NCBI GenBank assembly: GCA_000002445.1
Contig: CH464491.1
Location: 2,944,001-3,008,000, forward strand
DNA length: 64,000 nucleotides
Direction: 5' to 3'
Origin: Trypanosoma brucei
Lineage: Eukaryota
The first letter of the stretch is position 1. Every line of letters starts with the position of its first letter. The notes beneath the pieces were generated by a model. The model was not told the DNA's origin, made no database searches, and worked only from the letters and a program-made list of their open reading frames with translations. The translations under genes were made by a program, and so were the position numbers. This document shows positions 11,021 to 22,574 of the stretch, piece after piece.

Positions 11021-11685
11021 TTTATTTTGCTATTTTGCGGTGCTATATGAAACTAATGAGTATGATGTAATGGGGGGGGGAAAAAGAGTGACGGTGACAG
11101 GATCAAACGAAAAGAAGGCATGTATGCGTATATATTGTAATCTGACTATCTATATTATGCAGGTACTCACCTCAGGGGGGAGAATATGGAAACCGGGATG
11201 ATGCGGTGCCGTTGGTTGAAATGGATGTGTCCGATTCCCGTTGATTCTTTCTTTTGTATGGGTGATTTTGTTCAACTTTTGTTGGCGGAAGATGGCCCCC
11301 TCTTAACTAAAGGTTTCACTTCTCTTCGTTCGCGTCCTATTTATGTGATGGTGCTGTTCGTGACCCATTTCAATGAGGAGGTTGAAGCAGTTTTAATGAA
11401 GCCATTTTCTCAGCGTTTCTGCATGGGTGGGGGCGTGTGGGTCCCAGTGTTACTCCTCCACACTTGTATGTTTTCTGCTTCGGGCTGTGTTTGCGGATTC
11501 ATCTCCTGTTACTTTTATCCCGTCTTTCTCTTCGCTGTTTCTACATGTGTGTGTGTGTGTTGATACTACCTCTGATATCCCATAACTGCTGGGAAGGTGT
11601 GGGAACCGCGCAAAGGGAGTTTTTTACTTTTGTGTCCGTTTGTAAGTTTACGTCATCTGATTCTTTACGGGGCCGTGTAGCGGGA

Positions 11686-13026
11686 ATGGCGCTTTCATTA
11701 GAGGACAGCAATGCTGCGCTGCGGTGTCAGCGTAACCGAGCCGTGGCAGCCGCAACACTTGCCGACTCAATGCTTACGAGGTCTGGTCTTGTTTGTGACG
11801 AGGCTCACAGTAAAACTTTTTTTTCAACCCATACGAGGCCGATTGTACGGTACGGTAGCTTTGAAGAGTTGTTGCAGACGCACCTGAAACCCGATCCAAA
11901 TGGTGAAGCGCGCGAATTATTGCGTGTCCTTCAGTCAGTGCCTGTTCTGCGCGATGAGCTCGCTCTCCTCGACGATGCGACGCTGAAGAATGTTTGTTCG
12001 TTTCTTGGTACCAACTCAAGGGATCTGGCCCGGCTTGGTTCCGTATGCCGCCGCCTGCATGGCATTGCCATCGCCTTTACCCCTCCTGAGGTCGTTGTAG
12101 TGCCGAGCATGGTATCGTCACACGGCCTCATGAGCGATGTTATCATGGACTCCCTTTGCTCCTTCTTCAGTTCGTACAAGCGCGGGCAGTTTGTACAGCG
12201 CCTCAGGCTTGTCGCTTCCAAGTACGCTTCCACGTTGGCGATAAATGATTCCCTTCCACTTTGTAGTCCTCATGCCTTCCCAGCGCTGGCTAAGGTTTTT
12301 CCTTCACTAACGTATCTAGACTTGCGTGGTGTTCGCTGGAACGCTCAGTGCTTCCCAGGACTTGAGCAGAGCTTTTTCAGCGACCTCTACGTTGCGACGC
12401 CACATCTGCAGACGTTGAAGGTTGGTGTTTCCCTACTTGTTTATTGGTCACCGGGTTGGTGGCAACGGCTACCGACGCTTTCGCATTTTGTCGTGGGTTC
12501 TCGCCGCGACGACCAAGCAGCAGCACTGCCTTCCGATGTGTTTGAAATGCTCCGTGCACCGCAAAGGTCGTGGAGTGTGAAGTTTTGGTGCGTAGTGAAA
12601 CGGGAGACTTTGCTTCTTTTCTTCTTGGCTACACAGCCACTACCGGGGGTGCGTGAGCTTGCGCTCAACATAGGTAACATCGATTTGGCAGAGGCCTTTT
12701 CTCGGCAGCCCACGAGAGCAGTGCGTGAGGAGAGCCGCGGGCGGAAATCTGCGAAGGGTTCTAGGATGAACACACCCCGGCGTGCAGCTGGAGGCAACTC
12801 TAACGAAGGGGATTTGTGTGTATCTTTTCCGTCAATGACCGCACTCACAGTAGCAAATTTAGATCGTGTTCCCCTGTTGGCCCACAAACTCCTTTCGTGG
12901 ATTTCACAGCGTGCGCCGGCTCTAAGGCATTTTAATATAGTGACTACTGCACGTATCCCACCACCACCAACTCGACTCAAAAGGCAAATGATGGCTGAAC
13001 AAGCACATCTCACTGCAACCAGCTAG
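11686..13026 (+). CDS. Hypothetical protein with F-box-like motif and LRR-like C-terminal region
   Basis: The track ORF 11437-13026 starts at GTG and first translates a CT-rich tract. The first ATG after the polyY/(TG)n tract is 11686 (MALSLEDS...). The segment LLRVLQSVPVLRDELALLDDATLKNVCSFLGTNSRDLARLGSVCRRL resembles an F-box. LTYLDLRGVRWN...LQTLKV looks like an LRR. Confidence 0.5.
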   Translation: MALSLEDSNAALRCQRNRAVAAATLADSMLTRSGLVCDEAHSKTFFSTHTRPIVRYGSFEELLQTHLKPDPNGEARELLRVLQSVPVLRDELALLDDATLKNVCSFLGTNSRDLARLGSVCRRLHGIAIAFTPPEVVVVPSMVSSHGLMSDVIMDSLCSFFSSYKRGQFVQRLRLVASKYASTLAINDSLPLCSPHAFPALAKVFPSLTYLDLRGVRWNAQCFPGLEQSFFSDLYVATPHLQTLKVGVSLLVYWSPGWWQRLPTLSHFVVGSRRDDQAAALPSDVFEMLRAPQRSWSVKFWCVVKRETLLLFFLATQPLPGVRELALNIGNIDLAEAFSRQPTRAVREESRGRKSAKGSRMNTPRRAAGGNSNEGDLCVSFPSMTALTVANLDRVPLLAHKLLSWISQRAPALRHFNIVTTARIPPPPTRLKRQMMAEQAHLTATS

Positions 13027-13541
13027 GCGAAGAGGGGGTGAATCCTAGGGTGGTGCATACAGCCTGAGCGGGGGGAAGTGTACGTCTGCTTGTGGTGGTG
13101 AGGAGTAGAAAAACAAATGTAAAAAAGATATTAATACTCATAGAGCGCTAATTCGCCGCACGGCGATACCGCGCACTGTGTATTTGCGGGGGTAACGCCC
13201 AGGCATCGGGGGTACGGCATCCCGAATAACCACCAATTATGTGCATGGACACCTACCGTCCTAATGTTTCTGTGTGCTTCCGTTTCCGCATATCTATCTT
13301 TATCAGTTTCCGGTGTTGCCGGATTCTTTGTGTCTGCCCTGTTTTCCCTCTCTTTCTTTACTGTTTTCAGCTTTCTCACTGTTATTATTATTGTTACAGT
13401 TATTGCTATTATCATTTTTATTTAACCCTGATCTGGACGTATTTGCTGCGGTTACGAAGTTTAGGGCGCAGTCGTACATCATTTCCTCTCTTTCGTTTTC
13501 AGCGTGCAGGGTATTTACTTCCATCCACGATAACTGTCTGT

Positions 13542-14948
13542 ATGATGTCCACTGAATCCCTTGAGTGCTGTGAGTGTTCATTGCCTGTGGGCAATGAAGG
13601 GAAAATGCGGGCCGTTTTGCTTGTTCCGTGTCAACATGTCCTCCATGCTGGTTGCAGCGAGTTCATACGCAAGCGCAGAAGGATACAACAACGCCTCAGT
13701 GCCTGCGGGGACGGCTTTGACGCTGAGCCTGAGGCATGCGCCCCGGTGGAACCCAGTGATGGTCGTCTAGTCGCTTGTCCGGCTTGCTTGTGCCCCATTC
13801 AACGACTCGTACCGCTGTTCCTTAACAGCAGTAATACCCCCGGGGTCGGCGACACCAGTGGATATGGAGGTGCCGGCAACATTCGGCATGATGGTGATGA
13901 GGGGGATGTTATCGGGCAAGACATAAGTCAACGGGTTGTGGGAGATGGAAGAAGTGGCGACACGATGTTGCAGTTTAAGCAGGTTTTCTACAGACAGCAG
14001 TCGTTCATTGAAAAGATGAGTGAGCTGTGTAAACAGCGGGAGAACGTGGCGCAGTTAACCAGGTCATGTGCAATGCTGCACGCACGCCGCACAGATTTGG
14101 AGAGCGAGATAGAGAGGCTCTCTAGCATAATTCCGAACGTAATGGCCTCTGCGAACACACCCCGGTTGAACGGTGACAAACCTCCAGTAGAGCACATGAC
14201 GGCGACAGAACTGGAGCTCTATATCACTCAGTCTTCAGCAGAGTTGAGCAACTTAGAACGCGAATTACGTGATCAGCGATCGGCCACGGAGAAAAAAATA
14301 AAAAAAGCAAAAGAACTTCAAACGAAGTACCGCAGAATGAGGGCAACTGTGCTTGCGGACGTAAAGAAGGATAGCTACGTCGGTATTCACTGTGAAGAGA
14401 GTGAGCGCAAAACTCCGGTGGAAGAGGGTTCTTTGCTCCTGACTTGTAGCAGTGATGTAGAGAACGAGGTCGTGCGCTATAGTGAACGCCCTCACGCTTT
14501 ATCTGCTCCGGCTTCGGACACCGAAGAAGCTGTCATGAGGAAACATGCGTTAATAATCTCTTCCGGAAGCAGTTGTTGCAGTACCTCTGATGTTGAGGAG
14601 GTGAAGCATGTGGAAAGGGGCGCTGAAGAGATTTCTCTGGATGATGGTGACGGTGATGATGATGTTATCATTATTGATGACTCGCCCCAGCCTCGATCAT
14701 CAAGGTTGACGAGAGGCTCGTGGGGTCGTGTTGGCAGCGAATACAATCGCGGTAGAGGCTCAGCTGGTCAGCAGGGCCTTGCGAATGATAGAGCTGAACT
14801 GTTAGATGAAGACGATGTGATGTGGCACCCACAGGCGCAGCGCACCCGGCCGATGTTCAGTCAAACGGTGTCCACACCGCGTGCTTCGCAGTTTCTGCCT
14901 CGTCGAGTCGACCGTCTTTTTCAGTCGTCGCTGGAGGGTTTTCGGTGA
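13542..14948 (+). CDS. RING-variant zinc-finger / coiled-coil protein
   Basis: The track ORF begins at 13239 but runs through a polypyrimidine tract. The likely start is the ATG at 13542 (MMSTESLECCECS...). The Cys/His pattern is CCECS-x14-PCQHVLHAGC ... ACPACLCPI. A predicted coiled-coil and an acidic C-terminus follow. Confidence 0.5.
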   Translation: MMSTESLECCECSLPVGNEGKMRAVLLVPCQHVLHAGCSEFIRKRRRIQQRLSACGDGFDAEPEACAPVEPSDGRLVACPACLCPIQRLVPLFLNSSNTPGVGDTSGYGGAGNIRHDGDEGDVIGQDISQRVVGDGRSGDTMLQFKQVFYRQQSFIEKMSELCKQRENVAQLTRSCAMLHARRTDLESEIERLSSIIPNVMASANTPRLNGDKPPVEHMTATELELYITQSSAELSNLERELRDQRSATEKKIKKAKELQTKYRRMRATVLADVKKDSYVGIHCEESERKTPVEEGSLLLTCSSDVENEVVRYSERPHALSAPASDTEEAVMRKHALIISSGSSCCSTSDVEEVKHVERGAEEISLDDGDGDDDVIIIDDSPQPRSSRLTRGSWGRVGSEYNRGRGSAGQQGLANDRAELLDEDDVMWHPQAQRTRPMFSQTVSTPRASQFLPRRVDRLFQSSLEGFR

Positions 14949-15340
14949 ATGGGAGATGGGTATAAATTGGGTTAAAACGACACTGATGATGTCGAGGTTG
15001 GGCACATGCAACATATATACGCAGACGTTTATATCGTCCGATCCAGTCGTTTATGTGAGCACAGCTTACCAACTTTTTTTTAGCGAAAGTGTACCTTTTC
15101 TACCCGCTTTTGTGGTTAGAGTTAGTCCCATATTGTTCTTGTGAGTGCATTTACTGTGTCGTTGTTGATCTGCTGGTTGTTCTCTTCCTCTCCCCACGAC
15201 CGTTGCCTCTTTGGGGATACCCCTGTCATTCCATTCCATGGTTCCCTTGTTTTTTCTCCCTCTCCAAAAACTTTATTTACCCTCAATCGATTTGGACGCC
15301 GACTTTTTTTTTTTACTTTTCAAATGCTGCAGCATGGTTG

Positions 15341-18300
15341 ATGAATCCGTTTATTTTACCGCCATTAGAGAGACCCGCTACTGGGGGGCCGTGGACTTCC
15401 CATGTGCGGCTGCCCCCGGAATCCGAAAAGATTTTGGAAACTATGCCCAAACGCCTTTTGCCAGCCATCGAAAAGAGTTACCTCTCGGCGAGTGTAAAAA
15501 AACTTAGTATATGGAAGCCGGAGCCTCGTTTTGAAGATATGATCGAGGCACTTGAGCGCCAGCAGCGCAAGTTGCGAGCGACGATTGGAGGCCGTGAGCA
15601 CGAATGCCGCTACCGTCTGCTCTGGCAGCACCAAGAAGAGAAGGTAATTATTGAGTGTCGAACTGAAGCGGCATCTGTATCCGAGCTGATGAGGCAGCGA
15701 GCGCGCTATTCCCAGAAGGTTCGGGATTTTGAGGCCCGCGGCCACGTTTTACACGTAGAGACGCTCACGCGTGGCCACATATATAAGTCGGAGGAGGATG
15801 CGCGAAAGCACATAGAATCACTTGAAGCCATGATGTCTCTAAAGGGGTTGCGACACAAGGCCTCACGGGATGTAGAATCAGCAGAGTCTATCCTGCATGG
15901 TTTATGTGACGTGCAGGAGTTCGAGAGATGTGTTGCCCAAGGTTCGTTTCACCCGTCAAAGATTTTCAAACCTGTAACATCGTTGATAATGACTCGCAAC
16001 ACCGGTACGGGTCATTATCAGGGTAGAACAGACCTTCTTATGGACTACACTGTTTGCGATGAGGAGTGTCGGGCAAGGGCCAGACTGCTGTTCGGCGAGA
16101 GGCTTGCACTAATGGACCTTTATTGCGAGCATAACGCGGTTGTGACGATAGCTGTGGAGGAGTCGTCCGCTCGTGCAGCAATGTGGCGCGCGTTTCGTTG
16201 GGGCAGGTGCCAGGCACGGCTGGAGGCTTTGCTTATAATACAGAGATGGTGGCGAATGTTACGTGTGAAACCGTGGTTAGTGCGACGTAAACAGGGTATC
16301 AGTGAGTGCTTTAGGAAGAAACGCTGGAAAATGACTGCATCTGACTACCATGCTTTGCTGTCACGCATGCGGCGGAGCCGCGCGCTGGTTGGTGGCCCGT
16401 CTTCTCTCACTGATATCAGGCAATCCATGGCTGCGGTAGAACGAGCGGCTGAATTGTCCCATCAATGGCTTTACGATTATTTTGTGTACACGTTGATGAA
16501 TCGAGCCGCACAACTGCATCGCCTGATTCAGCACGACCTGGGGATCCACTCTGTCGAAGAGTATGCTGAACGAAGCGCAGAAGAGGAAGATGAAGCCACC
16601 TCGTCGCTTCCCCTTTCATTGCTGCGGATGCCATACCGCGTTTTCGTTCGCATGCAGGCGAAGCAACCGTACCCTTCATGGCGTATCAATCGCTGGGTTG
16701 AGGGCTCTATCAGCCTCATGCGGCTTCAGGAGGGTCTTATGGCGGAAGAATCGCGGCTCCGTGATGTACTGCACGGAAGGGAAGCCCGTGAAACGGATGC
16801 GCTGAAGCTCTTTCAGTTTGTACTAAATAAAGGTGATTGGCCCTGGCGTTCGTTCTGTACAGCTATGCATTTCATTGTGCACGATGAGAGTATCGGGCGC
16901 GATCTTGTGGCAGAGAGTGAGCGGAATGCCAGGTCTACATTGTCCGTAGAAGAGGCCGCTGAGGCGTCACAGTATTTTACCCTGGAGAGTGAAAGGCTTT
17001 ACATTCTGCAGGAAGAGGCCCTGCGGCGAGAGGCCATTGAGAAGGAGGAGAGCACTGTGTTCGGTGATGCAACAGAAGGGGAGTGGCGTTGGGAGAATCT
17101 GTGCAAAACCCGGATGCGATTCGCAGCCTCTTGCGGCTGTGTCCTCCACTGGGAGCGGGAGCGGGACCGAGGTTTAGGGTCCAAACATGTTTCACTGGAT
17201 TCGGTTGCGCGTGTCATCACACGCTTCTTCCGCCGTGTTCAGCGACGCCGCAGGTTGGCCGCTGCCCGTTCCAAAGATGCCTCTGAGGAAACGCGTGTTC
17301 GGGAGATCGCGTCTGCCATGAAAAGGTTGTTGGAGGGCATTATTGAGGAGGACAAGCAGTTAATACCACATTACATAGCGCAGTTTGGGGCTGCCGCTAC
17401 CGCTGTTCTTTCCCCGGTTTCCACTAGTAGGGCCACTGAACTTTGTTCCCAGGCTATAGGAACCCAGGAAGACGCGTCCTATATTGACACTTCAGCCTCA
17501 CTGTTTAGCGAATGGTTTGATGCGCAGGCAAGTGAACCGATGGAGCGAAACTACAAGGAGATTGTTGCCCGGTTTATTGCCGCACACAAGGATCTATATA
17601 GGGACATGCAGCATCTTTTCTACATTGTGCGCCGGGTTAGGGAAGGTGTTGAGGAGTCTGAGTTGAGCGAGCGCATTGCATTGCAGCAAAGTGAGGCGTT
17701 TCTCCAAGTCGCCACCTACCAGGTAAGTGTTTGTGAGGAGAAAGGGCGATTGAAACTCGTTGAAGAGATTGAAAGTGCTCATTTGGACATGTGCGAGCAG
17801 TTGGAAATGCTGGGCGCTTTGGCTTGGTGCACAACTCCGAGTACTAGGCCTAAACCTTTCGTTTTCCCACTAACTAAGGCGAGGAAGGCGAAACCAGAGG
17901 TCACCAACGCGTTGCTACCACTTCCCATATACATGACAAATACCAATCGCCTCTTATGCCGGGAGGAAGTTACACGCGTCCGAATCGCTGTAGAGGAACT
18001 GAGGGAGTACAAGGCATATCTGGAGAACGCACACAACCTTCTGCATGACGATGTGGTGCGTGAAGAGGCTACTCAGCGCCTGTTGCTATGTGCTAAAGTG
18101 GACAACTATTACCCCAGTAATCCGCCTGTAGCCCAGCTTGCAGCGCTTGTAGAAGAAGAGACTCACACACGTATCCCGACAGAGGAGGAGGCTCTAGGCA
18201 CGTACAGTTCCCCTATGCTCCGATCTGTCTCTGAATACGCTGAGCACGTACTCTTCAAACGTTTCCTCCAGGGGTTCTTAAAGTTCTCGAGCGAGGCTCA

Positions 18301-18463
18301 GTACTTTGATCGCCATGTAACGGTGTTGCTCCTCCAGAGGGTTTCATTTCTTGGCAGTAAGCTTCGCGAGCTTTTGGCCATGGAGAGCTGTGCACGCGGG
18401 AGGTTGGAGTTTTATGAGGAACGATACCGTGACGCACTTCGCGAGGCATACTACGAGAAGTAA
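15341..18463 (+). CDS. Large hypothetical protein (~1040 aa) with IQ-like motifs
   Basis: The track ORF starts at GTG 15089. The first in-frame ATG after the T-run and AG (15301-15330) is 15341; the alternative ATG is 15443 (MPKRLL...). IQ-like basic motifs are IIQRWWRMLRVKPWLVRRK and ITRFFRRVQRRRRLAAAR. The long ORF is uninterrupted in only one frame. Confidence 0.55.
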   Translation: MNPFILPPLERPATGGPWTSHVRLPPESEKILETMPKRLLPAIEKSYLSASVKKLSIWKPEPRFEDMIEALERQQRKLRATIGGREHECRYRLLWQHQEEKVIIECRTEAASVSELMRQRARYSQKVRDFEARGHVLHVETLTRGHIYKSEEDARKHIESLEAMMSLKGLRHKASRDVESAESILHGLCDVQEFERCVAQGSFHPSKIFKPVTSLIMTRNTGTGHYQGRTDLLMDYTVCDEECRARARLLFGERLALMDLYCEHNAVVTIAVEESSARAAMWRAFRWGRCQARLEALLIIQRWWRMLRVKPWLVRRKQGISECFRKKRWKMTASDYHALLSRMRRSRALVGGPSSLTDIRQSMAAVERAAELSHQWLYDYFVYTLMNRAAQLHRLIQHDLGIHSVEEYAERSAEEEDEATSSLPLSLLRMPYRVFVRMQAKQPYPSWRINRWVEGSISLMRLQEGLMAEESRLRDVLHGREARETDALKLFQFVLNKGDWPWRSFCTAMHFIVHDESIGRDLVAESERNARSTLSVEEAAEASQYFTLESERLYILQEEALRREAIEKEESTVFGDATEGEWRWENLCKTRMRFAASCGCVLHWERERDRGLGSKHVSLDSVARVITRFFRRVQRRRRLAAARSKDASEETRVREIASAMKRLLEGIIEEDKQLIPHYIAQFGAAATAVLSPVSTSRATELCSQAIGTQEDASYIDTSASLFSEWFDAQASEPMERNYKEIVARFIAAHKDLYRDMQHLFYIVRRVREGVEESELSERIALQQSEAFLQVATYQVSVCEEKGRLKLVEEIESAHLDMCEQLEMLGALAWCTTPSTRPKPFVFPLTKARKAKPEVTNALLPLPIYMTNTNRLLCREEVTRVRIAVEELREYKAYLENAHNLLHDDVVREEATQRLLLCAKVDNYYPSNPPVAQLAALVEEETHTRIPTEEEALGTYSSPMLRSVSEYAEHVLFKRFLQGFLKFSSEAQYFDRHVTVLLLQRVSFLGSKLRELLAMESCARGRLEFYEERYRDALREAYYEK

Positions 18464-19243
18464 TGCCACCGTGTTTCTTAACCATGCTTTTTTTTAATTC
18501 TCCCCTTCCTGTCACTGTATCATTACGAACGAAGAAAAGGGGAAAGTGCCGCACATGTATTTTTATGAAATAAGAACCTATGTCATATAGCAGTAAGCCG
18601 TGGTAGCACCATGCCACGGAAATAAGTTTCACTATATGTAAGCGCTAACACACATATGCGCGCGAAAAGCAAAAAAAAAAAAAGAAAAAAAGTAGACGAG
18701 GAGAATTTTTAAAAAGGGTATATTTATTTAAGCATGTACCTAAGAGCGCACGGGCCAGACAAAGCATGAGTGCCAACACAGTTATCCGCACACACGCATC
18801 AGAAGGTACTGTTCTCCATTTTCTTCCATCAGGAAGCATGGTGTAATTATTTCTCACGAAAGTTGTACGACTAGTAGTACCCTTTTTCTCCCTTTTCTCT
18901 GTGGCTTTTTTAAAAGCTTCCTTTATTTTCTTTTTCCTTTTGAGCTAACTCTACCTCCGCAGCCGCCAGCGTTCTCAATGCAGTTTTGCGTGTAAGTCAC
19001 TTGCCTCTTGGCCAAGTAGACTCGATATGCAACACCAGGAGCGCCGCACGCATAACAATTTGCGTTTACGCGTCTACGTTAGTGTGCAGATGTTATGATA
19101 CTTTTGTTTTAACTTTGCTCCGCGTCCTTGGCGTTGGTATTGTTGCAATCTTTCATCGGCCAGTGCCTGTATATTTCAATATCCTCCTGCTTTTTATCCT
19201 TGCTACTGCCTCTGAAAACAAGGAATATCTGTCTCTTTGAAGG

Positions 19244-21274
19244 ATGACATACGAAGGCGCCATTGGTATCGACCTCGGTACGACGTACTCGTGCGTTGGT
19301 GTGTGGCAGAACGAACGTGTGGAAATCATTGCAAATGACCAGGGTAACCGTACGACGCCGTCCTACGTTGCTTTCGTCAATAATGAGGTTCTTGTTGGCG
19401 ATGCGGCGAAGAACCACGCCGCTCGTGGCTCGAATGGTGTTATATTCGACGCGAAACGGCTGATCGGACGGAAGTTCTCCGACTCTGTCGTGCAGTCCGA
19501 CATGAAGCACTGGCCCTTCAAGGTCGAGGAGGGCGAGAAAGGTGGTGCTGTGATGAGGGTAGAGCATCTTGGAGAGGGGATGTTACTGCAGCCCGAGCAA
19601 ATATCTGCCCGTGTCCTTGCGTACCTGAAGTCTTGTGCGGAGTCGTATCTTGGGAAGCAGGTGGCTAAGGCTGTCGTAACAGTGCCTGCATACTTCAACG
19701 ACTCGCAGCGCCAGGCAACGAAGGACGCGGGGACGATTGCTGGTCTGGAGGTGCTGCGCATCATCAACGAGCCAACGGCTGCTGCAATTGCCTATGGCCT
19801 GGACAAGGCTGATGAGGGGAAGGAACGCAACGTTTTGGTGTTTGACTTTGGAGGTGGAACGTTTGACGTCTCAATTATTTCAGTAAGCGGCGGTGTTTTC
19901 GAGGTGAAAGCCACAAATGGTGACACCCACCTTGGTGGAGAGGATGTGGACGCCGCACTGCTGGAGCACGCACTTGCTGATATAAGGAACCGTTATGGAA
20001 TAGAACAGGGCTCTCTGTCCCAAAAGATGCTATCCAAGCTGCGTTCACGGTGTGAGGAAGTGAAGCGAGTACTGTCACACTCGACAGTGGGGGAAATTGC
20101 ACTCGACGGGCTGCTTCCCGACGGCGAGGAATACGTGCTCAAGCTAACGCGAGCGAGGTTGGAAGAGCTATGCACGAAAATTTTTGCTCGCTGTTTGAGT
20201 GTGGTACAGAGGGCGTTGAAGGACGCTTCAATGAAGGTTGAGGATATTGAGGATGTTGTGCTTGTCGGGGGAAGTTCTCGGATTCCTGCTGTGCAGGCTC
20301 AGTTAAGGGAGCTATTCAGAGGTAAGCAACTCTGCAGCAGTGTGCACCCTGACGAGGCAGTGGCGTATGGGGCTGCAGTGCAGGCGCACGTACTTTCCGG
20401 TGGATATGGGGAGAGCTCTAGGACAGCAGGTATAGTGCTTCTGGATGTTGTGCCCCTTTCAATCGGCGTTGAAGTGGACGACGGTAAGTTTGATGTGATA
20501 ATTCGTCGGAACACAACCATTCCATACCTTGCGACCAAGGAGTACAGCACTGTGGATGACAATCAGAGTGAAGTGGAGATACAGGTTTTCGAAGGTGAGC
20601 GCCCCCTCACGCGTCACAACCACAGGCTAGGCTCCTTTGTTCTTGACGGTATTACCCCGGCAAAGCACGGTGAACCGACTATCACCGTTACTTTTAGTGT
20701 TGACGCCGACGGGATCCTGACCGTTACAGCCGCAGAAGAACTCGGGAGCGTAACAAAAACACTTGTTGTGGAGAACTCGGAGCGACTTACCAGTGAGGAA
20801 GTACAGAAGATGATTGAAGTTGCACAAAAGTTTGCCTTAACGGACGCCACCGCTCTGGCGAGGATGGAGGCCACCGAGAGGCTCACGCAGTGGTTTGACC
20901 GACTCGAAGCTGTAATGGAGACCGTCCCGCAACCATACTCAGAGAAGCTTCAAAAGCGTATTGCCTTTCTTCCGCACGGGAAAGAGTGGGTCGGCACACA
21001 GCTTCATACGTACACTGACGCGGCGTCGATAGAGGCGAAAGTAGCGAAGATTGAACGGCTTGCAAAGAGGGCCCTGAAATCGGCGCGTCGTGAAGGAAAG
21101 GATGGATGGGCACCGGGCAATGAGGACAATGGAAGCGGTGATGACAACGACGGTGACGATAACAGTGATGAGGACGACGAGCTCCAAAGGGGGAGGGGCG
21201 TGACAGAGGGATCGGGGAGGCCCCCGATAAGGAAACGCGACCGCATAGAGGCTATCAACGCAAACACAGAGTAA
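19244..21274 (+). CDS. Divergent HSP70-family chaperone (676 aa) lacking a C-terminal EEVD; acidic Asp-rich tail
   Basis: The N-terminus [44 protein letters not shown] is identical to canonical HSP70. The NBD motifs [12 protein letters not shown] and [10 protein letters not shown] are present. The substrate-binding domain and C-terminus are divergent. The gene shares blocks of 100% nucleotide identity with the canonical HSP70 gene at 27037. Confidence 0.85.
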   Translation: MTYEGAIGIDLGTTYSCVGVWQNERVEIIANDQGNRTTPSYVAFVNNEVLVGDAAKNHAARGSNGVIFDAKRLIGRKFSDSVVQSDMKHWPFKVEEGEKGGAVMRVEHLGEGMLLQPEQISARVLAYLKSCAESYLGKQVAKAVVTVPAYFNDSQRQATKDAGTIAGLEVLRIINEPTAAAIAYGLDKADEGKERNVLVFDFGGGTFDVSIISVSGGVFEVKATNGDTHLGGEDVDAALLEHALADIRNRYGIEQGSLSQKMLSKLRSRCEEVKRVLSHSTVGEIALDGLLPDGEEYVLKLTRARLEELCTKIFARCLSVVQRALKDASMKVEDIEDVVLVGGSSRIPAVQAQLRELFRGKQLCSSVHPDEAVAYGAAVQAHVLSGGYGESSRTAGIVLLDVVPLSIGVEVDDGKFDVIIRRNTTIPYLATKEYSTVDDNQSEVEIQVFEGERPLTRHNHRLGSFVLDGITPAKHGEPTITVTFSVDADGILTVTAAEELGSVTKTLVVENSERLTSEEVQKMIEVAQKFALTDATALARMEATERLTQWFDRLEAVMETVPQPYSEKLQKRIAFLPHGKEWVGTQLHTYTDAASIEAKVAKIERLAKRALKSARREGKDGWAPGNEDNGSGDDNDGDDNSDEDDELQRGRGVTEGSGRPPIRKRDRIEAINANTE

Positions 21275-21686
21275 GTCGTAGAGGTGTCTAACGACCCCTT
21301 TACAATAATTTTTTAGTCCAGAAGTTTCTGAAGGTACCTATGCTTTCATTAAGGCTGCTATCATTACCGCTCTGTTATTCCCCTGTTCATCCATTCGTTA
21401 TACAACTTACTTTGACGAAATGTGTGATTGTTGAGCACGTTCTCTCGTCTTTCGTGATAACATACACATAGATGCATGCACTTGTATTTGTGAATGTCGT
21501 TGTGTGTGGCCGCGGTGTGCACATCCCCGCTCTACCGCAACATAACCGTGTATGTTTTTTATAAAATGGTTGACTTGTTTACACGTCCTGCTGTGTCTTT
21601 CTCTTACCATCTGCTTCACCTCTCTTTTCTGTGTTTCCCCCTTCCTTTCATGGAAATCGCCGGTAGTTTTCATTTATTTCGTGTAA

Positions 21687-22256
21687 ATGGTGTGGAAAGG
21701 ATCACGTGAACGAGGTGTTCAGGAGTACCGAAAGAAGAGCAAGGGGAATAAGCCCACCAAGGGTGAAAAGGTGTCGAAGAAGGGAGTTTCCTCCTCACGG
21801 CAGCCGAAACAGCGGGAGTTGTTATCAGCGAAACAACAGCAGCAGCAAAACAGGAAGAACGAGGAACTACGTGCGGCACTCGCTGGTGCCTTTTCCACCG
21901 AGGTATCCAGCAGCAACGCGGGCCCAGCGTTCGATGGATATGGAAAGGGTAGTCCTACTGACCGACTGCAGTTCGGTTACGCACCTGCTGTAGCTGCGGA
22001 AGCTGTTGCATATCACAGCACTATCTCTACTGATGCGTGGATTGAGGCGCGAAGGACGCGCTACCGCACGGCAATTGTGGAGCAGAAGAAGCTACGGAGG
22101 CCGAATTGTGAACCCATAACCTCTATACTGAAACTTCAGGGGCACTGGCGGAGCACTGAACTCTTTGAGAGAGAGGTTCACGGGAGCCACGCAGTCGCGC
22201 AGGACAAGGTGGACGATATTCTTGACACATTTGTTTCACGCCAACGTGTCGCTTAG
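21687..22256 (+). CDS. Hypothetical small basic/Gln-rich protein (189 aa)
   Basis: ATG-initiated ORF following a polyY tract (21590-21650). There is no domain match and the N-terminus is low-complexity. Confidence 0.35.
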   Translation: MVWKGSRERGVQEYRKKSKGNKPTKGEKVSKKGVSSSRQPKQRELLSAKQQQQQNRKNEELRAALAGAFSTEVSSSNAGPAFDGYGKGSPTDRLQFGYAPAVAAEAVAYHSTISTDAWIEARRTRYRTAIVEQKKLRRPNCEPITSILKLQGHWRSTELFEREVHGSHAVAQDKVDDILDTFVSRQRVA

Positions 22257-22574
22257 TTTGGGTTCCTGTTTATCACCTGGATGTTCACACAGGATCAGTT
22301 AGGTGACGTATCCTTCCTCCCAATACAGGCTAAGAAAAGAAGTCTGAAGTCCGGTGAAACTGACGGTGGAAATTTCTTATTAACGCTTATTCGCGTGACT
22401 TTTGTATGCCGGTTGTGTTGAGGGACGTTGAGCCCTCCGTCGTCATTCACTCATTGATTCTACCCCAGACTGAATGTTTTCTTTCATGTTTTCACCGTTG
22501 TTTGTTGTCCGAAGTTGAGTCCAGGGAGGGGGAACACGCGGTGGTAGCGAGTCCATTAGCGAAGGCGGCAAGTT

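Noticed and set aside
19109-19767. Minus-strand ORFs overlapping the 5' part of the divergent HSP70 (19109-19567, 19363-19767), and their counterparts over the canonical HSP70 (27004-27303, 27156-27560, 27805-28323 and others)
   Set aside because: They are antisense shadows of a strongly conserved, codon-biased gene. The same antisense peptides ([22 protein letters not shown]..., [44 protein letters not shown]...) recur in both paralogues precisely because the sense strands are identical there.
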